DNA of 64,000 bases, taken from contig DASCPX010000009.1 of the NCBI GenBank assembly GCA_036012755.1, forward strand, positions 32,001 through 96,000, given 5' to 3'. Under the pieces are notes generated by a model that was not told the origin of the DNA, made no database searches, and saw only the letters and a list, made by a program, of their open reading frames with translations. This document shows, one piece after another, positions 45,118 through 54,726 of the stretch. Numbering within the stretch: the stretch's first letter is position 1; each line of letters begins with the position of its first letter. The stretch comes from Myxococcota bacterium (GTDB lineage: Bacteria; Myxococcota_A; UBA796; CAJQPC01). Made by a program: the position numbers and the translations under genes.

Positions 45118-47606
45118 GGTGGCTCGCGCTGGTCGGCGTGGTCTCCGCGGGCGCACTGCTGGCGGTCGAGCCACCCGCCGCTCCGGGCCGCGCCGTGGTC
45201 TCCGAGCCCAGCCTCGCCGATGCCGTCGCGGCCTTCGAGCGGGGGGACGACCTGCTCGCCATCGCCTCGCTGGAGGCCTGGCTCGAGGGGGACCAGGGTC
45301 CCTGGGGTAGAGAGCGCGACGCCGGTCGCTTCCTCCTCGGCTGGCTGCACATGGAAGAGGGCAACCACAACCTCGCCAGCGAGCAGTTCACCAGGGTCCG
45401 CGCTGCCGGCGGGCCCCTCGCCGTCTACGCGGCCTTCTACGAGGCCCAGGAGGATCACCGGCGGGGCCGCCACAGGGTCGCGGCCTCCGAGTGCAAGACC
45501 TACCGCGCCACCTGGCCAGAGGGTCCTCATGCCGACGCCTGCCTGATCCTGATGGGCGATGCCTACGTCGCAGCCGGCCTCCGCGCCCCCGCGCTCGGGG
45601 CCTACCAGGCCTTCCTCGACGAGAACCCCGGCACGCCGAGAGAGGAGGAGATCGCGCTCGGCATGGCCCTGGCAGAGGCCAACGTGAACCCTGGAAAGGG
45701 CGCCCGCGGACTGAAACAGCTCACCCTCGAGCACGACTTCCTCTGCACCGCATCGGCCGCCCAGACGGAGCTCGACGCGCTGCTCGATCTCCACGATCTG
45801 TCCGAGCCCGAGGTCGACGCGCTGCTCGCCGCCCAGCTCCTGGCGATGTCCCAGCGAGACGGCGGCTTCGGTCCCCAGGCCTGGGAGGCCTACCAGGACA
45901 TCCTCGCCACCTGGCCAGAGGACGCCAGCGAGTGGGGGACAGGGACCTGGGAGCGCTTCTGCTGGCGCACCCACCGCTACGGCGATCTCGGAGACGCCTT
46001 CGCCGGTCAGTACGAGAAGACCAAGGACGGCGAGGACGCCTGGTTCGCCTTCAGGGCCTACTTCCGGGGGGGCGACTTCGTGCAGAGCGCGAAGTGGGGC
46101 GAGGTCGGAATGGCCAAGCACTCCTCGCATCGGCGCTGGCGGCGCTCGCGGGACGTCGTCGCCCACAGCCAGCAGCTCGCCGGGAACTACCCGAGGGCCC
46201 GCGAGCACTGGGACATCCTCGCTCGGACCGGGGGCTCGCTGGGACGCGGGGCCGAGTGGTTCGCGGCCTTCTCCGCCTACCGCGCCGGGGAGTACGAAGA
46301 CGCGCTCACCCGCTTGGACGCAGTGGTGGCCGCCGGGGACGAGCGCGAGCTGCAGGGGCTCTACTACCGCGGAAAGACGAAGTCCAAGCTCGGCGACCGC
46401 GAGGGCGCGCAGAAGGACTGGCGGCTCATCCTCGATGGACACTCCAGCAGCTGGTATGGGCTCTTGCTGCGCTCGAAGTGGCGCAAGCTCCCGGATCCCG
46501 CGGCCCGAGACGGCGGCTGGTCGGACGTTCCCAGCCCGCCAGAGCCGAGCTCGTCCCCCTCCCCCTCGTTGGCCCGTGTGCCTCTCGTGGACCTCGGCGA
46601 GCCGGGGGGCGCTCCACCTCCTCGGGAGTTCTCGTGGGCGTCGTCCAGCCGAGAGGACACAGAAGCGCCCACCACCCTGGTGGCTGGTGGTCCCCTCGGG
46701 GCCCTCGAGCTCATCGATCCCTACGAAGCGGGCCGCTGGTACGACCCGGCTCGTCAGGAGGAGGCCTTCCGCGACTTCGCCAGGACCTACGAGTCCATCT
46801 GGCCCCACCTCCCCGCCGCATACGACCTCGCCGGAGTCGGCCTCTACGAGATCGCGGGCGAGTACGTCGCCGACTGCTACGACGAGTACCAGTGGGCCGC
46901 AGGAAAGCGGACCGAGCGCCAACGCCTGGTCCGGACGGTGGCGATCCCGAAGTCCAAGTGGCGCGAGATCTTCCTCTACGTCCAGGACCACCACCACGTC
47001 GCCCGCTTCTCGATGGGCCTGGCGCCGGCGGCGCCGACACCCGAGGAGTGGACCAAGGCCATGCGCCTGGCCCACCCGGCGGCCCACCGCGCGACGGTCA
47101 CAGCGTGGTCGCGGGAGCACGACCTCGACCCGCTGCTTGCGCTTGGTCTCATGCGTCGGGAGAGCCTCTACCGGAGCACCGCGCTGAGCCACGCCGGGGC
47201 GGTGGGGGTCATGCAGATCATGCCGCTCACCGGATCTCGCGTGGCCTGGATGCTCGGTGAGCCCCGCTACACCCCGGCGGACCTGGAGGACCCCTCGATC
47301 AACATCCGCTACGGCACCTTCTACCTCTCGAAGCTCCGCGAGCGCTTCGATGGCAACTGGCCCCAGGCGGTCGCGGCCTACAACGGCGGCCCCGTGCACG
47401 TGAGCTCCTGGAGCCGCAGCTGGCAGGGCCGCATCGACACCGACGACTGGGTCGAGCAGATCCCCTTGAAAGAGACCCGCACCTATGTGAAAGGCGTCGC
47501 AGAGAACTACGCGGTCTATGTCAGGCTCTATGGCCCCGCAGACGCCGTGGTCCACGTGCCCTTCGACCTGTCTGACGACGATGACCCGGGAGTGATCGAT
47601 TTCTAG
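45114..47606 (+). CDS. Soluble lytic transglycosylase (Slt70-like) with TPR-like repeats
   Basis: C-terminal MRRES, SHAGAVGVMQIMP, AAYNGG, IPLKETRTYV. The first standard start is GTG 45138; a CTG at 45114 is proposed. Confidence 0.88.
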   Translation: MRWLALVGVVSAGALLAVEPPAAPGRAVVSEPSLADAVAAFERGDDLLAIASLEAWLEGDQGPWGRERDAGRFLLGWLHMEEGNHNLASEQFTRVRAAGGPLAVYAAFYEAQEDHRRGRHRVAASECKTYRATWPEGPHADACLILMGDAYVAAGLRAPALGAYQAFLDENPGTPREEEIALGMALAEANVNPGKGARGLKQLTLEHDFLCTASAAQTELDALLDLHDLSEPEVDALLAAQLLAMSQRDGGFGPQAWEAYQDILATWPEDASEWGTGTWERFCWRTHRYGDLGDAFAGQYEKTKDGEDAWFAFRAYFRGGDFVQSAKWGEVGMAKHSSHRRWRRSRDVVAHSQQLAGNYPRAREHWDILARTGGSLGRGAEWFAAFSAYRAGEYEDALTRLDAVVAAGDERELQGLYYRGKTKSKLGDREGAQKDWRLILDGHSSSWYGLLLRSKWRKLPDPAARDGGWSDVPSPPEPSSSPSPSLARVPLVDLGEPGGAPPPREFSWASSSREDTEAPTTLVAGGPLGALELIDPYEAGRWYDPARQEEAFRDFARTYESIWPHLPAAYDLAGVGLYEIAGEYVADCYDEYQWAAGKRTERQRLVRTVAIPKSKWREIFLYVQDHHHVARFSMGLAPAAPTPEEWTKAMRLAHPAAHRATVTAWSREHDLDPLLALGLMRRESLYRSTALSHAGAVGVMQIMPLTGSRVAWMLGEPRYTPADLEDPSINIRYGTFYLSKLRERFDGNWPQAVAAYNGGPVHVSSWSRSWQGRIDTDDWVEQIPLKETRTYVKGVAENYAVYVRLYGPADAVVHVPFDLSDDDDPGVIDF

Positions 47607-48741
47607 CTGGCTGTCACTGCTGCTCTGCGCCGGACGCTTCTCGCGCGAGGTCGCGGAACCCCCACCGCCGGACCCGACGCCGATCGCCGAGACCGCGGTG
47701 GCGGACAAAGCGCCCAGGGCTCCGGCGCTCTTCCCGGAGCTTCCGGTCTCGCTCGACGAGCTGCCGGAGGGGCTGCACTCGCTCTCGGCCCAGGGCTGCA
47801 ACGCCTGCCACTACGAGGTCCACGACGGCTGGGCCGAGTCCGACCACGCGAACTCGGCCCTGGCGATCCCAAACGCCTCGCCCCTGTGCACGAGCTGCCA
47901 CCTGCCCCTGCAAAGCCAGCAGTCGGTGCTCCTCGAGGAGTACGGCGGGGGCGCCCTGAACACGGCGATCACCAAGGAAAACCCCCACTGGGACGCGACC
48001 CTGGCCAGCGAGGGCGTCACCTGCGCCGCCTGCCACGTGCGCGAGGACGTCGTCGTCGGAACCAGGCCCGCGCCCGGCGCCCCCCACCCCGTCGCGGTGA
48101 GCGACGAGCTGTCCTCTTCAGAGGTGTGCTCGGCCTGCCACCAGCTGACGACGCCGGGGGCCAGCGAGCCGCTCTACGACACCTATGGCGAGTGGTCCCG
48201 GTCACAGTTCCCGGCGGTCGGCGTGCGCTGCCAGGACTGCCACATGCCACCCCGGAGCGGGCTCGTGACCGCTGGACGCTACGAGGCCCACGCGGACCAT
48301 GCCCTGAGCTCGGAGCTCTCCCGGGCGGTCTCGATCTTCCTCACCACGCCGCCGGTCCTCCAGCGGGGTGAGCCAGTCGAGCTGGACTTGGTCATCACCA
48401 ACACCGGCGCGGGCCACTCGGTGCCCACCGGCTCACCCTTCGTCGGCCTCCGCCTGGAGGTCCAGGTCGTCCTCGATGCAGACGACGAAGAGACCGGCGA
48501 AGCCCTCGGCGACCCCTTCCAGCACATGCTCCAGCGCCACGTCTCCCCCGACCCGCCGTACGCGATCGGCGAGGACACACGCCTCCACGCGGGGGCGTCG
48601 TTGGAGCTCACTCCGGTGCTCGATCTGCCCTACGACGGCGGAAGCGGTCCCGGTGCCGTCGAGGTTCGCCTCGTCCGCGTGGCCGGTGACGGCTCGGAAG
48701 AAGTGGAGCACATCCGGCGCTTTGTGGTCGAGGTCCGATAG
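47599..48741 (+). CDS. Multiheme c-type cytochrome (5 CxxCH)
   Basis: CNACH, CTSCH, CAACH, CSACH, CQDCH and NTGAGHSVPTG. The first standard start is GTG 47698, but the frame is open from 47596, so the start is uncertain. Confidence 0.85.
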   Translation: MSSWLSLLLCAGRFSREVAEPPPPDPTPIAETAVADKAPRAPALFPELPVSLDELPEGLHSLSAQGCNACHYEVHDGWAESDHANSALAIPNASPLCTSCHLPLQSQQSVLLEEYGGGALNTAITKENPHWDATLASEGVTCAACHVREDVVVGTRPAPGAPHPVAVSDELSSSEVCSACHQLTTPGASEPLYDTYGEWSRSQFPAVGVRCQDCHMPPRSGLVTAGRYEAHADHALSSELSRAVSIFLTTPPVLQRGEPVELDLVITNTGAGHSVPTGSPFVGLRLEVQVVLDADDEETGEALGDPFQHMLQRHVSPDPPYAIGEDTRLHAGASLELTPVLDLPYDGGSGPGAVEVRLVRVAGDGSEEVEHIRRFVVEVR

Positions 48742-48750
48742 GATCCCGCA

Positions 48751-49959
48751 ATGATCCGACACGCCGCACTGACCGACGACGGCAAGCGCCGCGACCACAA
48801 CGAAGACGCATTCCTCGCCCTGCCGGAGCACGGGGTCTTCCTCGTCGCTGACGGGGTCGGAGGTCGGGCCTGCGGCGAGGTCGCCGCCGCGATGACCGTC
48901 GACACCTTCCAGGAGGCAGCGGTCGACCTGCGGGACGCCGTGGCCCTCTACACGGACAACCCCAGCCGCCCGACGCGCAACAAGGTGCTCGAGAGACTGA
49001 CAGAGGTCTGCCAGCAGGCCTCGCGCTCGGTCTACGAGGCCGCAGAGGCCGAGAGCCGCCGCGGCATGACGACCACGCTCGTGGCCTGCGCCGTCGGCGG
49101 CGGCGCCATCTTCCTCGCCCACGTCGGTGACTCCCGCGCCTACCTCCTGCGCGAGGGCGAGCTCCTCCAGCTCTCTGACGACCACTCGATGGTCAACGAG
49201 CTCGTCCGTACCGGGCAGATGACCTACGAGGAGGCCAAGCGGAGCCGCTACCGCAACGTCATCACTCGGGCCATCGGGCTCCAGCCCTCGGTCCAGCCGG
49301 ACGTTGCCGCGGTAGAGGTCCTCCCGGGGGACCGGCTCCTGCTCTGCTCCGACGGGCTCTCCGATCCGGTGCCGGCCATGGACGTCTGCCGGCTCCTGTC
49401 GAGCGGAACCCCTGCGCAGGCGACCCAGGCGCTCCTCCAGGAAGCCCTCGACAACGGCGGGCCCGACAACATCACGGTGCTGGTCGTGGACCCGGACGCC
49501 TCACCCCAGGCCGAGGCCGCCGCAGCCCGAGCCGAGGTCATGGCTCAGCTCTTCCTCTTCTCCGATCTGCCCTTCCACGCTCGCGCCCGCGTCGGCCGCA
49601 TGGTCAGCGAGGTCTTCACGACCCCCGGCGACCTCGTCGTCGACCAGGGAGACGCGGGACGCGCGATGTACGTCGTCGTGCAGGGCGAGCACGAGGTCGT
49701 CCGCGACAACGTGGTGCTGGCCACCCTCGGCCCCGGCGAGCACTTCGGCGAGCTTGCGCTGGTCGACGCCCAGCCGCGCAGCGCCTCCGTACGCAGCAAG
49801 CACTACGGCTCGCTGATCACCATCGAGCGCTCGGCGCTGGACGACTTCTGCCGCAGAGAGCCCGAGCTCGGCAGCCTCGTGCTGTGGAAGTTGCTGGGCA
49901 CCGTGAGCGCGCGCCTGCGCGGCGCGTCCGAGCGCATCGCCGACCTCGAGAACGAGTGA
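48751..49959 (+). CDS. PP2C Ser/Thr phosphatase with C-terminal cyclic-nucleotide-binding domain
   Basis: VADGVGG, HVGDSRAY, LCSDGL, GGPDNIT; cNMP motif FGELALVDAQPRSASV. Confidence 0.93.
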   Translation: MIRHAALTDDGKRRDHNEDAFLALPEHGVFLVADGVGGRACGEVAAAMTVDTFQEAAVDLRDAVALYTDNPSRPTRNKVLERLTEVCQQASRSVYEAAEAESRRGMTTTLVACAVGGGAIFLAHVGDSRAYLLREGELLQLSDDHSMVNELVRTGQMTYEEAKRSRYRNVITRAIGLQPSVQPDVAAVEVLPGDRLLLCSDGLSDPVPAMDVCRLLSSGTPAQATQALLQEALDNGGPDNITVLVVDPDASPQAEAAAARAEVMAQLFLFSDLPFHARARVGRMVSEVFTTPGDLVVDQGDAGRAMYVVVQGEHEVVRDNVVLATLGPGEHFGELALVDAQPRSASVRSKHYGSLITIERSALDDFCRREPELGSLVLWKLLGTVSARLRGASERIADLENE

Positions 49960-49963
49960 GTTT

Positions 49964-50167
49964 CTGCGGCGATCACTGCGGGTGACCGTCCCTCGCTTGC
50001 CCCGGACACCGCCGGGCGGCGGCAACCGGGCTCGCCGACCTTCGGGTTTGGCAACGCTTCGCCCTGTTGGCCCTTCTCGCAGTGTCCAGACACACCTTCG
50101 TCGGGCCGCCTACCCCGGCGGGCCCGTTTCGGCGCGATCATCCGATCCACCTACGTGATCGCCGCAG
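49964..50167 (+). ncRNA. Candidate structured ncRNA (6S-like rod architecture), family unassigned
   Basis: Perfect 13-bp terminal inverted repeat CTGCGGCGATCAC/GTGATCGCCGCAG; long internal stem 50004-50087 capped by C(UUCG)G; second hairpin 50102-50126. Strand uncertain. Confidence 0.55.
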
Positions 50168-50180
50168 TAGATCGGGGCCC

Positions 50181-51020
50181 ATGAAGCTCCGCGTGTCCTG
50201 CTCGCCCGACGCCGACGACCTGTTCATGTTCCGGGCCCTGATGGAGGGTCTCATCGACCCTGGTGGGTTCGAGTGGCAGATCGATACACGGGACACAGAC
50301 GCGCTCAACCGCCTCGCGACGGACGAAGGGCCTGACGTCACGGCGGTGAGCGTCGGCTACTACCCCCGTATTGCCGAACGATATCAGCTCCTTCCGCATG
50401 GCGGCTCTGTCGGCGACGGCTACGGCCCGGTCTTGATCACTCAAGAGCCCCAGGAGCTCTCGGAGCTCGGCGGCGCGCGCATCGGGATCCCTGGCGAGAC
50501 GACCACGGCCTACATGGTGCTGCGACTGATCCTGGAGGACTTCCAGCCATCGGTGGTGCCCATCACCCCGTACTCGGCCATCTTCGATGCCCTCCGTGGA
50601 GGCGACCTCGACGCTGGCCTGGTCATCCACGAAGGCCGCCTCACCTACGAGGAGCTCGGCTTCCACTGCGTCGTCGACATCGGGGCGTGGTGGAAGGAGC
50701 GCACCGGTCTCCCCCTGCCGCTGGGTGGCAACGTCATCTCCCGGCGCCTCGGCGAGGAGCGCATCGCCAGGGCCTCCGCCGTGCTCCGAGCGAGCATCCA
50801 GCACGCCATCGACCACCGGGACGAGGCCATCGCCTGGCTGCTCCGATCCGGAGGGGCGCTCCACAACGCCGAGCGCGTCTCGACCTACCTCGGCATGTAC
50901 GCCAACGCCGAGACCCTGGAGTACTCGGCAGAGGCTCGCTCCGGGATGGTCGAGCTCTACCGCCAGGCGCACGCTGCGGGGCTCTTGCCAGAGCCCGTCG
51001 TAGTCGACTTCGCCCCTTGA
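50181..51020 (+). CDS. mqnD: 1,4-dihydroxy-6-naphthoate synthase MqnD (futalosine pathway)
   Basis: SPDADDLFMF, GGSVGDGYGP, PGETTTA, VIHEGRLTY, LPLPLGG, LGMYAN. Confidence 0.88.
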   Translation: MKLRVSCSPDADDLFMFRALMEGLIDPGGFEWQIDTRDTDALNRLATDEGPDVTAVSVGYYPRIAERYQLLPHGGSVGDGYGPVLITQEPQELSELGGARIGIPGETTTAYMVLRLILEDFQPSVVPITPYSAIFDALRGGDLDAGLVIHEGRLTYEELGFHCVVDIGAWWKERTGLPLPLGGNVISRRLGEERIARASAVLRASIQHAIDHRDEAIAWLLRSGGALHNAERVSTYLGMYANAETLEYSAEARSGMVELYRQAHAAGLLPEPVVVDFAP

Positions 51021-51742
51021 GCGAGCGCACCGTCGATCGGCTCGCCGGCGACTGGATGATCGTGCAGCTGGCCCGCGGCCATCGCTTCTCTGCGGACGAC
51101 ATGCTCACTGCCTGGACGGCGGCTCGGGCGGCGCCGTCGGCGCGGCGGCTGTTGGACCTCGGCAGCGGCATCGGCTCGGTCGGGCTGATGGCGCTCCACC
51201 AGCTGCCGGAGGCGTCGCTGGTGACGGTCGAGGCGCAGGCCGTGAGCTACGAGCTCCAGCTCGAGACCCTGGCCCGCAACGGGCTGCAGCCGCGCGTCCA
51301 CGCGATCCACGGGGACCTCCGGTCGGTGGAGCTCCCTCGCGAGTTCGAGCTCGCGACGGGCTCTCCCCCCTACATCCCAGAGGGCCACGGCGTGCTCCCG
51401 GCCCACCCCCAGAAAGCCGGCGCCCGCTTCGAGCTTCGGGGTGACGTCTTCGACTACTGCAAGGCCGCAGCGAGGGCGCTGGTCGTCGACGGCACCTTCG
51501 TCTTCTGCCACTCGGGGACCGACCCCCGCCCCGAGCGGGCCATCGCAAAGGCGGGTCTCACGCTGGTCCAGCGTCGGGATGTCTTCTTTCGCCACGACAA
51601 GCCCCCGACGGTGGCCTTGTTCACCTGCCGCTGGTCTGGCACGCGCGATGACGCAGAGGCCCTGGTCATCCGAGACGAGACCGGCGCACACACGGCGGAG
51701 TACACAGCGATCCGCCAGGCCTTTAGGCTGTCAGGGTGCTGA
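51017..51742 (+). CDS. tRNA1(Val) A37 N6-methyltransferase-like (TrmN6/YfiC)
   Basis: TTG start overlapping the mqnD stop; GHRFSADD, LDLGSGIG, GSPPY, ARFE. Confidence 0.82.
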   Translation: MSERTVDRLAGDWMIVQLARGHRFSADDMLTAWTAARAAPSARRLLDLGSGIGSVGLMALHQLPEASLVTVEAQAVSYELQLETLARNGLQPRVHAIHGDLRSVELPREFELATGSPPYIPEGHGVLPAHPQKAGARFELRGDVFDYCKAAARALVVDGTFVFCHSGTDPRPERAIAKAGLTLVQRRDVFFRHDKPPTVALFTCRWSGTRDDAEALVIRDETGAHTAEYTAIRQAFRLSGC

Positions 51743-52602
51743 GCTACCTGCTGACCGAGCCCGCCCCGGAGCACCTCTACTGGAAGGGGGCCACAGAGGG
51801 CACCCACACCCTGCGGTGGCAGGGGGTCGCGGGCTTCTCCCTCGAGCACGACCAGAAGACCCTCTGCATCGACCCCTACGTCTCCCGCTCCGGACTCGCC
51901 AAGACGCTCTTCGGGCGCCTGGACGTAGACCACGACTCCCTGGAGCGCTGCTTCCCGAGGGCCGACGCCATCCTGATCGGCCACAGCCACTACGACCACG
52001 TCCTGGACGCTCCAGCCCTGGCCCGGCGTACCGGAGCCACGCTCTATGGATGTGCCTCGAGCGCTCGCGTGGCCAGGGGCTGGGGTCTCGCCGAGGACCA
52101 GATCTGGGTCGTGTCGCCGGACGAGGAGGTCGAACTGGTCCACGGCTCCGCCAAGGCAGTGCCCAGCGACCACGGCAAGTTCTTCCTCGGCCGGGGGGGC
52201 TGGCCACACGGGACCATCACGGAGCCGATCCGATACCCGCCGAAGACCAGCCAGCTCAAGCACGGCCAGGTCTTCACCTGGTGGGCGGACTGGGGCGGAC
52301 TTCGCATCGTGCACGTCGACTCCGCGGACTACGACACCGAGCGCATCCGCAAGCTCGACTGCGACGTGCTCTGTCTCTGCGCGGTCGGGCGCCAGTACCG
52401 GCCCGGCTACACGCGGGAGATCATCGACGCCACACGGCCGAGCCTCGTCGTGCCCTGCCACTGGGACCACTTCTTCCTGCCGTTGGATGCCCCGACGCGC
52501 CAGCTCCCGGGGGTCGATCTGGAGGGCTTCGTGCGCGAGATCGAGGCCTGCGGCGCCAAGCCAGTGGTCCTGCCCATCGGAGGCTCGCTGGGCATCGGCT
52601 GA
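51736..52602 (+). CDS. MBL-fold metallo-hydrolase (UlaG-like)
   Basis: IDPYVSR, GHSHYDH, PCHWDHFF. Confidence 0.88.
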   Translation: MLSYLLTEPAPEHLYWKGATEGTHTLRWQGVAGFSLEHDQKTLCIDPYVSRSGLAKTLFGRLDVDHDSLERCFPRADAILIGHSHYDHVLDAPALARRTGATLYGCASSARVARGWGLAEDQIWVVSPDEEVELVHGSAKAVPSDHGKFFLGRGGWPHGTITEPIRYPPKTSQLKHGQVFTWWADWGGLRIVHVDSADYDTERIRKLDCDVLCLCAVGRQYRPGYTREIIDATRPSLVVPCHWDHFFLPLDAPTRQLPGVDLEGFVREIEACGAKPVVLPIGGSLGIG

Positions 52603-52605
52603 TGG

Positions 52606-54723
52606 GTGTTAGGGGACGGGGTGCTTCTCCTGGCAGGCTGCATCGCGGACGGACCGACCTTCGGCATCTCCCGGGCGGGCGAGGACCCGCGGACCCTGGT
52701 CTTCAACAACGCCACCGAGCCCGAGTTCATCGATCCGACCCAGGCCACGGGCCACCCGGACGGACGCATCGCGCAGGAGATCTTCGACGGGCTCACCGAG
52801 TACGGGCCCATCGATCTGTCCCCCCAGCCAAGCCACGCGTTGTCCTGGGACACCCACCCCGATGGGCGGGGCTACACCTTCCACCTGCGCGACGACGCCG
52901 TCTGGTCCGACGGGACGCCGGTCACCGCCCGGGACTACGCCTGGTCCTGGGAGCACGTCCTCAACCCGGCCTACCTCTCCCGCTACGCCCAGCAGCTGTA
53001 CTTCGTGGAGCGCGCGCCGCTCTACAACAGCTCCCGGGTCTTCATCGGCGACGACGGCGCTGTCCTCGAGGCCACCGGGAGCAACGTCGTCGCCCTCACA
53101 GACGACCTCGACGAGCTCGACGACGGCAGCGTCCACGTCGTGGCCGCCCGGACCGACACGGAGCTCGAGCTCGTCTACCGCGCTGGCTGCCCGGATCTCG
53201 CGGACCTGCTGGCTCTGTTCGACTGCAGCGGCCCCGAGCTCCGAAAGACCGTCTCCTTGGAGCTCACAGAGGCCGCCTGGCCGATGCCGAACCAACGGGT
53301 GCTCACCGAAGACGTCGTGCTCCACACCCCGGGCGGCGAGGTCCCCCTGTCCCGGGGCGAGGAGGTCGTGCTCATCGGCGGCGGCAAGGTCTTCTACCCG
53401 ACCTCGGAGAAGACCGGCACGCTGGATGCCTCCAAGCTCGCCGATCCCCGAGCCGAGCACATCCGCTACGACCTCGTGGAGCTCGAGCCGATCGACTGGT
53501 CCGGCGAGGGCCGAGGGGACACGGGCGCGCCGAGCGAGCTGCCACCTCTCACGAGGACAGCCAGCCTGTCGGAGCTCCGCGTCTCGGCCGAGGTGCTCGG
53601 CTTCCGCGTCGAGGACGACCACACCTTCACCGTCAGGCTCTCGGGAGTAGCCCCCTTCTTCCTGACCCTGACGAGCCACACGACCTTGAGGGCCGCCCCG
53701 CGACAGGCCTGGGAGGAGCACGGCTCGCGCTGGACGAGGCCAGGGAACATCGTGAGCAGCGGGCCCTTCCTCCTGGAGACCCACATCGTGCGCGACCGCT
53801 TCGAGCTCGTCGCGAACCCGGACTGGTACGACGCCGAGAACCTGGCCTTCGATCGGGTCATCGCCTACTCGATCGACAACCTCCACACGAGCGCGAACCT
53901 CTATCGGGCCGGCTACACGGACTTCGTCGTCGCCAACGACATCCCCGCCGAGTTCATCCCGATGCTGAAGGACAAGGAGGACTTCACCGTCAGCCCGGCG
54001 CTGTCGGTCTACGTCTACCGGATCAACACGACGAAGCCCCCCTTCGACGACGCGCGCGTCCGACGGGCCCTGGCGATGGCGGTCAACCGAGAGGACGTGG
54101 TCAAGGTCTTGAAGGCGGGCCAGCTCCCGGCGGACCACATCGTGCCCCCCGGGCTCCCCGGCTATGACCCCGCCCGCGGGCCGGGCTTCGACCCGGAGGC
54201 CGCCCGCGCCCTGCTCGCAGAGGCTGGCTACCCGGGCGGCGAGGGCTTCCCGGAGACCAGGATCCTCTACAACACGCTGGAGACCCACAAGCTGGTCGCG
54301 GCCATCGTGCAAGACAACTGGGCCAAGGAGCTCGGCATCGACGTCCAGCTCGAGAACAGGGAGTGGAAGACCTACCTCAAGACGGTCAACAACCTCGACT
54401 ACGACGTCGCCCGCGGGGGCTGGATCGGCGACTACCTCGATCCGCTGACCTTCCTCGAGCTCTGGATCCAAGACGGCGGGAACAACAACACCGGTTGGAC
54501 CGACCCGCGCTACGACGCCCTCATCCACGAGGCATCGCAGACCTCGGACCCCGCGGATCGTCTGGCGGTCCTCGCGGAAGCAGAGAAGCTCTTGAACGAG
54601 GAGATGCCCTTCATCCCCATCTACCACTACGTCTGGACGGACCTGACGCAGCCGGACGTCAAGGGCACGCACCCGAACCTGCTGGACCAGCACGCCATTC
54701 GCTACATGCACATCGAGCGCTGA
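52606..54723 (+). CDS. oppA: Oligopeptide ABC transporter substrate-binding lipoprotein with large insertion
   Basis: EPEFIDP, YTFHLRDDAVWSDG, SSGPF, PPFDDARVRRAL, GWIGDYLDP; lipobox LAGC (alternative start GTG 52621). Confidence 0.92.
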   Translation: MLGDGVLLLAGCIADGPTFGISRAGEDPRTLVFNNATEPEFIDPTQATGHPDGRIAQEIFDGLTEYGPIDLSPQPSHALSWDTHPDGRGYTFHLRDDAVWSDGTPVTARDYAWSWEHVLNPAYLSRYAQQLYFVERAPLYNSSRVFIGDDGAVLEATGSNVVALTDDLDELDDGSVHVVAARTDTELELVYRAGCPDLADLLALFDCSGPELRKTVSLELTEAAWPMPNQRVLTEDVVLHTPGGEVPLSRGEEVVLIGGGKVFYPTSEKTGTLDASKLADPRAEHIRYDLVELEPIDWSGEGRGDTGAPSELPPLTRTASLSELRVSAEVLGFRVEDDHTFTVRLSGVAPFFLTLTSHTTLRAAPRQAWEEHGSRWTRPGNIVSSGPFLLETHIVRDRFELVANPDWYDAENLAFDRVIAYSIDNLHTSANLYRAGYTDFVVANDIPAEFIPMLKDKEDFTVSPALSVYVYRINTTKPPFDDARVRRALAMAVNREDVVKVLKAGQLPADHIVPPGLPGYDPARGPGFDPEAARALLAEAGYPGGEGFPETRILYNTLETHKLVAAIVQDNWAKELGIDVQLENREWKTYLKTVNNLDYDVARGGWIGDYLDPLTFLELWIQDGGNNNTGWTDPRYDALIHEASQTSDPADRLAVLAEAEKLLNEEMPFIPIYHYVWTDLTQPDVKGTHPNLLDQHAIRYMHIER

Positions 54724-54726
54724 GCC

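Noticed and set aside
49964..50167. Assignment as a complete retron, SRP RNA, tRNA or SAM riboswitch
   Set aside because: There is no reverse transcriptase in the window, no SRP domain IV motif, no cloverleaf and no recognisable SAM-I core. It is kept only as an unassigned structured element.
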